Below are positions 56,976-64,000 of a DNA stretch of 64,000 nucleotides, piece by piece. The notes below the pieces were generated by a model. The model saw nothing but the letters and a program-made list of their open reading frames with translations, made no database searches and had not been told where the DNA came from. The position numbers and the translations under genes were made by a program. Position 1 is the stretch's first letter. The number at the start of each line of letters is the position of its first letter. Source of the DNA: Spirochaetia bacterium (GTDB taxonomy: Bacteria > Spirochaetota > Spirochaetia > DSM-2461); assembly GCA_963668315.1 (NCBI GenBank), contig OY764216.1, positions 544,001-608,000 of the forward strand, in the 5' to 3' direction.

Positions 56976-57074
56976 TTAGAATGTTTGTCCTATATCCAAT
57001 CCAACTTCAGTAAATAAAACATCACCTCCCCCATACAGATCATCACGATAGCTACTTACCAAGAATAAAACCAT
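56976..57074 (-). CDS. Putative 32-aa small protein (or small RNA)
   Basis: AAGGAGG upstream; MVLFLVSSYRDDLYGGGDVLFTEVGLDIGQTF; flanked by its own promoter and terminator. Confidence 0.45.
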   Translation of the reverse strand: MVLFLVSSYRDDLYGGGDVLFTEVGLDIGQTF

Positions 57075-57113
57075 TGTATAGTGTGTTCCTCCTTACATTG
57101 TTAGGATATCTTA

Positions 57114-57142
57114 ACCATACTGCAATAATTCCGATAAATCAA
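57114..57142 (-). promoter_or_regulatory. Sigma70 promoter of the small transcription unit
   Basis: TTGATT-N17-TATGGT on the minus strand. Confidence 0.55.
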
Positions 57143-57207
57143 GAAAAATCGACCGGTTTTTGAAAAAAAACTTTTCCCCTCAATTCCGGGGCTGGTCATG
57201 GATCTGC

Positions 57208-58446
57208 CTAATCGTCTACCGAAAGTCCTATATGATGGCCGTAAAGGGCCAGCCCCTTTGATATGCTGTAGAAATGGTCCTTGTCGAAAAAAATATCCTC
57301 CCTATCGGAAAAGAAGTCCAGGAAAGACCTGTTTCGGGAAGATCCTCCGGTAAGAATGATCTTATCGGGAGTCATGTCCCTTTCTTCGGCAAACTCTCTG
57401 ATTCGGTTAAGTCCCTGCAGTATTCCGTCCCGGATTCCGCCGGTAAGGGAAATATACTCATCCAGGCGGAACTCTACGGGCCGATCGTCAAGATGATATG
57501 TGCACCTGTCACTTTCTGTCAGGCCGTGTTTGGTCTTCTTGAGACCTTCCAGGATATCAAAGGATTGCCTTTCGCTGATAACCTTAAAAAGTCTTTCCAC
57601 TCCTTCGGGATCGCTTGATCCGTATCGGTAATCGTGAAATTCAGCGTTCAGCTCCTTTTTATCTTTCATTATGAAATTATTCCACCGGCATAAATGGTTA
57701 TAGATATGGACCGGGATGGCCATTCTTTTTCCATAGGATTCATAGGTTGCGCCCATGGCGAGGAAAGGACAGATCTTCCTGAGCATCATCACTTCGTCAA
57801 AATGATCGCCTCCCATATCCACACCGTCCAGCTTTTCGACTCTATATCTTTCGACACCCGTTCCGGACGGGTGATGGGAAATCAGAGAGTAGTCCGATGT
57901 TCCCCCCCCGTAATCCATAATAAGAAAGGAGCTGTCCTCTTCGCTCAGTTCCTCTTCAAAGCAGTAGGACGCGGCGATCGGTTCCTCCAGAAAGGAAAGA
58001 TTACGAAAACGAGCCTGGCGGAATCCTTCTTTCAGGCGATGAAAGGCCAGCTTGTCATCCTCTTCAATTAATGAGAATCTGACTGGTCTGCCAACCGCAG
58101 CATTCTCCACGGAGATTCCCCATCTGTCATAAATCCTTTTCCTCAATTCCTCCAGGAACAGGGCGACCAGATCCTCCATTGTGATATCTCTGTTATTAAT
58201 TCTTGTTTTGGTGAATCCCGAATCACTGAGAGATCTCTTCAGGGAATGAATGTACCGTCCCGCCTTTTTCTCTTTGAAAGCTTCGAGGGCGCTTGTACCA
58301 ATGATGACCTGATGTATACCGTCCCGTTCAAGTGGTATAAACAGAGCCGTTGGAATGGAAAAAAAATCTATGATCTGACCTTCTCTTCCTGCCAATGATA
58401 CAACTGTATTGGTGGTACCGAAATCGATACCGCAGTAAACGTTCAT
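57208..58446 (-). CDS. Hsp70 family protein, YegD-like
   Basis: GIDFGTTNT, SLKR, VGRPVRF, EEPIAA, DYGGGTSD, LTGGSS; no DnaK substrate-binding domain. Confidence 0.88.
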   Translation of the reverse strand: MNVYCGIDFGTTNTVVSLAGREGQIIDFFSIPTALFIPLERDGIHQVIIGTSALEAFKEKKAGRYIHSLKRSLSDSGFTKTRINNRDITMEDLVALFLEELRKRIYDRWGISVENAAVGRPVRFSLIEEDDKLAFHRLKEGFRQARFRNLSFLEEPIAASYCFEEELSEEDSSFLIMDYGGGTSDYSLISHHPSGTGVERYRVEKLDGVDMGGDHFDEVMMLRKICPFLAMGATYESYGKRMAIPVHIYNHLCRWNNFIMKDKKELNAEFHDYRYGSSDPEGVERLFKVISERQSFDILEGLKKTKHGLTESDRCTYHLDDRPVEFRLDEYISLTGGIRDGILQGLNRIREFAEERDMTPDKIILTGGSSRNRSFLDFFSDREDIFFDKDHFYSISKGLALYGHHIGLSVDD

Positions 58447-58550
58447 AAACTGTGCTCCTAGGGGGGAGGGAATTATAGATTATCGATTTCAATAAAGCAA
58501 GTCAGGTCCTCTGGTTTGTACCCAGGAGTGCCAATTCTCCACTATATAAG

Positions 58551-58576
58551 AAAAAAGCCGCCTCTCACGAGGCGGC
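58551..58576 (-). terminator. Intrinsic terminator of the sugar ABC operon
   Basis: Stem gccgcctc / gaggcggc followed by 6 T on the minus strand. Confidence 0.75.
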
Positions 58577-58603
58577 CCGTATCACCTAAGTGATAAATAT
58601 CTC

Positions 58604-59695
58604 TCAGTCGTAAAGCAGTCCGGAGATGTCCGCATTGTCCATATTGTCCTTGTTGTAGAACTTGGCGCCCGTATCAACATCGGATACGGATTTTCCCTCA
58701 TAGGCCATGAAAGCCAGCTCAACGGCCTTGTAGCCGATGGAATAGGGATCCTGGGTGATAGAACCGAGAAAGTACTCTTTTCTTACGGCGTTTTTCTGAC
58801 CTTCACCGGCATCAAAACCCATGGCGATAAGACCGGGGTACTTGGAGGGAAGATCGGCACCGTCGTTCGTGGCGGCCAGAAGGCCCTTAACCGTTGCTTC
58901 GTTGGAACAGAAGATACCAAGAACATTGGCTTCTTTCACTTTGTTAAGCACGGCGGAGGCGGCTGCCATGGCGTCGGTATTGGCGGCGGAAGCGGGAACG
59001 ACCATATCGATCATCACTTTCTTTCCGCTGGTGGGGTTGGAGCTGTCCACGTAACCGGGGTTGCCCATAACCTTGATGTCGCTTTCATTCAGGGACGTAT
59101 TCTTAACGATCAGATCCACCATGGTGTCTCTGAAACCTCTACCGCGGCTGAGGAGAGACTCACCGGAAGCATCCTGGTTCATAACCACGATGGTAACAGG
59201 CTTGGCATCGGTGGCAGCTTCGATATCGCTCTTGATGACTTCGAACATCTTCTGGGCGGCCAGACCGGCGGCGTTGAAGTTATCCGTGGAAGCATTGGCA
59301 TAGATAGCACCGGCAGGAGCATTGGGTACGCCGGAGTCAAAGCCGATAACGGGGATACCCTTATCTTTACACTCCTGGAGCTGATCCATAACGGAGGTGG
59401 TATCCAGGGCAGCCAGAGCGATGGCTACGGGAGCCTTGGCCATGGCGTTATTCAGCATTTCCACCTGAATCTGCACATCACTTTCACTGGGCGGCCCTTC
59501 AAAGGTTACATCGACGCCGTATTTCTCGGCCGCATCCATGGAACCAAGTTTAACCTGCTGCCAGAAGTCGTGCTGCTCACCCTTGGAAACAACGGCGATA
59601 TAGGGTTTGCTCTCCCCACCGCCATTGGCAAAGGCGCCGAAGCTTACGGCTACAAGAACGATTAACAGAATCGCAATCTTCTTTCCAACCTTCAT
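58604..59695 (-). CDS. Sugar ABC transporter substrate-binding protein (RbsB-like)
   Basis: Signal peptide ending FANG; SKGEQHDFWQ, IPVIGFDS, TDN, MGFDA, QDPY.IGY. Confidence 0.92.
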   Translation of the reverse strand: MKVGKKIAILLIVLVAVSFGAFANGGGESKPYIAVVSKGEQHDFWQQVKLGSMDAAEKYGVDVTFEGPPSESDVQIQVEMLNNAMAKAPVAIALAALDTTSVMDQLQECKDKGIPVIGFDSGVPNAPAGAIYANASTDNFNAAGLAAQKMFEVIKSDIEAATDAKPVTIVVMNQDASGESLLSRGRGFRDTMVDLIVKNTSLNESDIKVMGNPGYVDSSNPTSGKKVMIDMVVPASAANTDAMAAASAVLNKVKEANVLGIFCSNEATVKGLLAATNDGADLPSKYPGLIAMGFDAGEGQKNAVRKEYFLGSITQDPYSIGYKAVELAFMAYEGKSVSDVDTGAKFYNKDNMDNADISGLLYD

Positions 59696-59794
59696 AAAAT
59701 TACTCCTATATTTCTCCCGGATTGAAATTGCCCCAAAGGACTACCGGGATAAATGCCTTGTATACGTCCGGGAGAACCGCCCGGAGCCTATGTT

Positions 59795-61024
59795 CTATGC
59801 ATCCTGGGAAGTGGACTTCATCTCCATCTCGAACAGGCGCTCCGCCTCTTTCTCTTCCGCCAGGATTCTTGTTTTCTCGGTCTTCTCTTCGGTCTTCATG
59901 CGCTTGTACGTCGCCTTCAGCTCACCCTTGAGACGGCTGATCTCATCATTGTCTCCGGACTGTTTGGCTCCGGCGATCCGGCGCAGCATATCTTCTTTAT
60001 ACAGATCGGACGCGGCGGGGATCCTGACTTCGGAAGCCTTTTTGTTCCGGTAGATATCCAAAAGGACCGCTCCGATAACGACCACACCGGTAAAGAAGGT
60101 CTGGTAGTGGGCCTGCAGATCCATGGAGGGAAGGCCGGTTCTCAGAACGCTCATGATGTAAACACCGATCATGGTGCCGAACACCGATCCGATACCGCCG
60201 GAAAGGGAGGTGCCGCCGATGACCGCACCGGCGATGGCGTACAGCTCGAAGCCCTGTCCCTGGGCGGGCATGACGGTGGTATAGACGGCGGCGAAGGCGA
60301 TGCCGCCGATACCGGCGCAGATACCGGAGATCACGTAGGCCATCATCTCCCACTTCTTCACGTTCACACCGGAAAGGCGGGCCGCTTCCTTGTTGCTGCC
60401 CACGGCGAAGATATACCGTCCCATCTTGGTTTTCGTCAGTATGATAAAGGCGATAAAGGCCGTTCCGAACAACACGATCGCCCCTGTGGGAATATCGCCC
60501 TTATCGGTTATCATCTTGAAAATGTCCTTGAACCAGCCGTCCTCGTTGGATCGGGTGGGAAAGGTAGCGCTCCGGACGTTGGAGACAATGGACCCCACGC
60601 CCATGGAGATCATCATCGTACCCAGGGTAGCGATGAACGGGGGCAGATCAAGCCGGGAAACCATCAGGCCGTTGAAAAAGCCGAAGGCCGTGGCGATCAC
60701 CAGGATAAGAATAAGGGAGAGCCACATCGGCCAGCCCCAGGTCTTGTAGGCCGTACCGCCAATGATGGCGGCGCACATCATAACGGTTCCCACCGAGAGG
60801 TCGATACCTCCCGTGATGATGACAAAGGTCACCCCTATGGCGATAAAGCCGATGTAATAGGAGGAATCCAGAATGTTGATCAACGTGGTGTAGGAAAAGA
60901 AGTTCCTTCCGAAGATTCCAAAGAAAATATACAGAATCACCAGGGCGGCAGGGGCCAGAAACTTCTGTAGCCCGATATCCCTGATCTTCTCCGCCATGCT
61001 TTTTTCGTTCAGACTGTTATCCAT
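59795..61024 (-). CDS. Sugar ABC transporter permease (RbsC-like)
   Basis: GGIDLSVG, PPFIATLG, GRYIFAVGSN.EAARLSG, IGGTSL.GG; extra charged C-terminal tail. Confidence 0.92.
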   Translation of the reverse strand: MDNSLNEKSMAEKIRDIGLQKFLAPAALVILYIFFGIFGRNFFSYTTLINILDSSYYIGFIAIGVTFVIITGGIDLSVGTVMMCAAIIGGTAYKTWGWPMWLSLILILVIATAFGFFNGLMVSRLDLPPFIATLGTMMISMGVGSIVSNVRSATFPTRSNEDGWFKDIFKMITDKGDIPTGAIVLFGTAFIAFIILTKTKMGRYIFAVGSNKEAARLSGVNVKKWEMMAYVISGICAGIGGIAFAAVYTTVMPAQGQGFELYAIAGAVIGGTSLSGGIGSVFGTMIGVYIMSVLRTGLPSMDLQAHYQTFFTGVVVIGAVLLDIYRNKKASEVRIPAASDLYKEDMLRRIAGAKQSGDNDEISRLKGELKATYKRMKTEEKTEKTRILAEEKEAERLFEMEMKSTSQDA

Positions 61025-61030
61025 AAGCCT

Positions 61031-62524
61031 TTAATCCCTCTTTGTCGCGTATTTCATGATCTCTTCCTGATTGGCGTCCTGGATATCCAGCTCGCCGGTA
61101 ATCCTGCCTTCGCACATGACCAGCACCCGGTCGCTCATACGGAGGACTTCAGGAAGTTCGGAAGATATCATGATGATAGATTTTCCCTCTTTCACCAGTT
61201 CGTTCATGAGGGTATAGATTTCGCTTTTGGCCCCCACGTCGATTCCCCGGGTCGGCTCATCGAAGATCAGGATTTCGCTGTTCTTGATAAGCCATTTGGC
61301 GATTACTACCTTCTGCTGATTCCCCCCGGAGAGGTTCTTCAGCAGCTGATTTACCGTGGGGGTTTTGATCTTCAGAGTGTCCACATACTTCTCGGTGATG
61401 TCGGATACCTCTTTCTTGTGGATGAAAAGCCCCTTCTCGTAATCGTCATAAGAAGCCAGGATCGCATTTTCGGTCACGCTCAAACCCACGGCCAGGCCGA
61501 ACCGCTTTCTGTCTTCCGACAAATAACCGATTCCGTGGCGCACCGCATCCATGGGGGAAGTGATGCGAACGGGCTTCCCGTGTATCTCAACCAGGCCCGA
61601 TTCCACCGGATCGGCGCCGAAAAGCGCCCGGGCCGTTTCGGTCCGCCCCGCGCCCATCAGACCGGCGAACCCCAGGATCTCCCCTTTCTTCAGTTCGAAG
61701 GAGACGTTTTTCACCAGACGGCCCGCATTCAGATTTTTCACCCGGAGGACCACTTCCGCCCCGGCGGGCACATTGCTCTTGGCTTTGGGCTCTTCGTAAA
61801 TGACCCGGCCGACCATCATATTGATGATGTCTTCCTTGGTCAGATCCTTGGTGTCTCCTTTACCGGCGTTTTCCCCGTCCCGCATGACCGTGACCCGGTC
61901 GGTGATCTGACCGATCTCGTCCATCCGGTGGGAGATGTAAATCATGCCCACCCCTTTGGAAGCCAGATCCCGCATTATGGCAAAGAGTTCGTTGATCTCC
62001 GTCTCGGTCAGCGCCGCTGTAGGCTCGTCCAGAATGAGGATCTTCAGGTTGTGGGAGACCGCCTTGGCTATCTCCACCATCTGCTGCTTGCCCACCGTCA
62101 GTCGTCCCAGGGTTTCACGGGGATCGATATTCATATTCAGCTTGGCGAAAAGCTCTTCGGTCCGCCGGTTCAGTTCCTTGTCGTCAAGGAAGATTCCCTT
62201 GGTCGATTCCCGGCCGATAAAGATATTCTGGGCCACCGTGAGGTGCTCCATCATATTCAGTTCCTGGTGGATAATACCGATGCCCCGGCTCAGCGCCTCT
62301 TTCGGCCCCCGGGGGTTGTAAAGCTTTCCCAGATAATGGATTTCGCCGGAATCCTTGGGGAAAATCCCCGTCAGCGCCTTCATCATGGTAGACTTACCCG
62401 CCCCGTTCTCTCCGACCAGGGCATGGATCTCTCCGGCACGCAATTCAAAGTCGACACCCTTGAGGGCATGGACTCCGGAAAAGCGTTTATCGATTTTTTT
62501 CATGGAGAGTATTGTTTCACTCAA
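61031..62524 (-). CDS. Sugar ABC transporter ATP-binding protein (RbsA-like)
   Basis: GENGAGKST, LDEPT, GAGRTE, LSGGNQQK, DEPTRGIDVGAK; likely TTG start after AGGAG. Confidence 0.95.
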   Translation of the reverse strand: MSETILSMKKIDKRFSGVHALKGVDFELRAGEIHALVGENGAGKSTMMKALTGIFPKDSGEIHYLGKLYNPRGPKEALSRGIGIIHQELNMMEHLTVAQNIFIGRESTKGIFLDDKELNRRTEELFAKLNMNIDPRETLGRLTVGKQQMVEIAKAVSHNLKILILDEPTAALTETEINELFAIMRDLASKGVGMIYISHRMDEIGQITDRVTVMRDGENAGKGDTKDLTKEDIINMMVGRVIYEEPKAKSNVPAGAEVVLRVKNLNAGRLVKNVSFELKKGEILGFAGLMGAGRTETARALFGADPVESGLVEIHGKPVRITSPMDAVRHGIGYLSEDRKRFGLAVGLSVTENAILASYDDYEKGLFIHKKEVSDITEKYVDTLKIKTPTVNQLLKNLSGGNQQKVVIAKWLIKNSEILIFDEPTRGIDVGAKSEIYTLMNELVKEGKSIIMISSELPEVLRMSDRVLVMCEGRITGELDIQDANQEEIMKYATKRD

Positions 62525-62779
62525 ACCGCACACTCCTTCCTAAATTTTCCTGTGAGGATACATCAGTATCCCCCCGAATTCTGAATCGCGAAATGGAGTA
62601 TTTTCCGGTGAATGTTGAAAATTTTCCTATGGAAGGGGGGAATCCTTTTATGACACTGAGATAATTAGTGAATAAATACTCACTTACCGAAAAACACAGA
62701 AATATTATTATTTTATTGCGATCACCCATTTATCGTGATATCTTCTTTAACTTCTAATACATAACAGACAGGAGACTTT

Positions 62780-64000
62780 ATGAAAAACAAGGGATTATTC
62801 TTATTATTGACATCTTTCATTCTGGTTCTATCAGGATGTAGTGACGTCAATAAGCCGGCAGATACAGTCACACCGGTACCGCTTCAAGTATCAGCTCCGG
62901 TTCTCGATCCTCCCGAAGGGGAACTGGCTTCCGTACCAGTTGATATCACCTTCACCTCAGCTACGGACGGGGTAATCTTCCATTACACCATGGACGGGAC
63001 GGACCCGACATCCGCCTCGACAGACGGAACCAGCTGCCGTCTTACCGGTCCCGCCGTCCTTAAGGTAATAGCCTCTAAAGACGGTATGACCGATTCAGAA
63101 ATTACAACCGCGTCCTATACGGTTAAAGCAATTCCTAGCAGCGATGCCGACCTGGCTTCCCTTGTGCCCTCTATGGGTATCTTTCAACCTAATTTCACTC
63201 CCGACCAGCTGACGTACAACATTATCATTCCCGAAAGCCAGTCTTCGATTATCCTAACCCCCGAGGCCAGCGGTCCGGGAACGACCATTACACAGAACGG
63301 GGATACGGTCACCTCCGGGAGTGCCGGAACGGCCGTCAGCGTCAACGCCGGCGGTACAATCGCATACCGCATTGTAGCGGAGGACGGTACAACGGAAAAA
63401 ACCTATACCCTGACGATGAAAACGGTGGACCAGGACTCATGGGACACGATAGAACCGGAAGGAACCTGCAACAGAAACTATTTTACGGATTTCGCGACTT
63501 CCCATGATGGTACAGTCCTGGCAACGATCCATGATCGATTACATTTCTCAATAAACAGCGGGACATCTTGGGCCGAATATCCCGATTCGGAGGAACGGAA
63601 TTGGGACTGCTCGGCCGTTTCCGGTGACGGCACAGTCATAGGGGGAACATACACAGAGGATGATGAAGCCTACTTCGTACAGTCAAGGAACGGAGGAGAT
63701 ACGTGGAAATCACCTGTCAAGATCGGGGAAGGGAGGATTTTCGATGTGGCCCTCTCCTCAGACGGGACCTACATATATACCGCCGTCTATAACTATTCCG
63801 GCGCTTACCTTCGCATGTCTTCCGACGGAGGGACGACCTGGTCCGATATAACTTCCCCCGGTCAGGAAAGCTGGATCAATGTGGAATGCTCATCGGACGG
63901 AACCAGAGTGCTGGCATCATACGGTTCAACCGGCCTGATTAGCGACAGCAAAGTTCTCTGGTTATCCAGTGATTCCGGCGCTACCTGGGCTTCTCAGGAA
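62780..64000 (+). CDS. Multi-domain lipoprotein (Fn3-associated domain, cadherin-like beta-sandwich, Asp-box propeller), truncated by window end
   Basis: ATG 62780 after AGGAG; MKNKGLFLLLTSFILVLSGC lipobox; HYTMDGTDPT; FTPDQLTY...VAEDGT..TYTL; repeated S.[ND][SG]G.[ST]W boxes; no stop before 64000 (absent from the ORF track). Confidence 0.85.
   Translation, partial: MKNKGLFLLLTSFILVLSGCSDVNKPADTVTPVPLQVSAPVLDPPEGELASVPVDITFTSATDGVIFHYTMDGTDPTSASTDGTSCRLTGPAVLKVIASKDGMTDSEITTASYTVKAIPSSDADLASLVPSMGIFQPNFTPDQLTYNIIIPESQSSIILTPEASGPGTTITQNGDTVTSGSAGTAVSVNAGGTIAYRIVAEDGTTEKTYTLTMKTVDQDSWDTIEPEGTCNRNYFTDFATSHDGTVLATIHDRLHFSINSGTSWAEYPDSEERNWDCSAVSGDGTVIGGTYTEDDEAYFVQSRNGGDTWKSPVKIGEGRIFDVALSSDGTYIYTAVYNYSGAYLRMSSDGGTTWSDITSPGQESWINVECSSDGTRVLASYGSTGLISDSKVLWLSSDSGATWASQE

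Noticed and set aside
1..64000. CRISPR arrays, tRNA/rRNA genes, IS elements, prophage
   Set aside because: No regularly spaced repeats, cloverleaf or rRNA-like sequence, transposase, integrase or phage genes seen by eye; intergenic gaps are all short

Overview
Bacterial chromosomal segment, moderately GC-rich, with about 60 tightly packed protein-coding genes. It is most consistent with a free-living anaerobic spirochaete (inferred from signal peptides such as FANGGGE/WSNGSGD and a C-I-K-F-E-A-B-D V/A-ATPase operon). Main blocks: (1) an alanine racemase / M20 amidohydrolase / M19 dipeptidase operon divergent from an Opp/Dpp ABC transporter and a beta-lactamase-family serine hydrolase; (2) folD under a ZMP/ZTP (pfl) riboswitch, ppnP and a LysR/YeiH pair; (3) a type II restriction-modification pair (DpnII-like endonuclease plus one alpha-class N6-adenine methylase) among PHP, MarC, HIT, GNAT and nitroreductase genes; (4) an orphan B12-radical SAM enzyme and a PurO-like IMP cyclohydrolase; (5) a V/A-type ATPase operon with no subunit G gene; (6) a sigma54-dependent deacylase / peptide-ABC / amidohydrolase operon with a clear -24/-12 promoter; (7) AraC plus a GH2 beta-glucuronidase; (8) a YegD-like Hsp70, a sugar ABC transporter and a truncated multi-domain lipoprotein. 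I saw no rRNA, tRNA, CRISPR array, integrase or transposase. The least explained signals are a self-contained ~180-nt transcription unit (promoter, SD, 32-codon ORF or GGA-rich RNA, terminator) at 56.9-57.1 kb, the atypical RM pairing, the putative D-peptide salvage locus and several apparently leaderless genes. All functional calls come from motif recognition by eye; no database searches were run.
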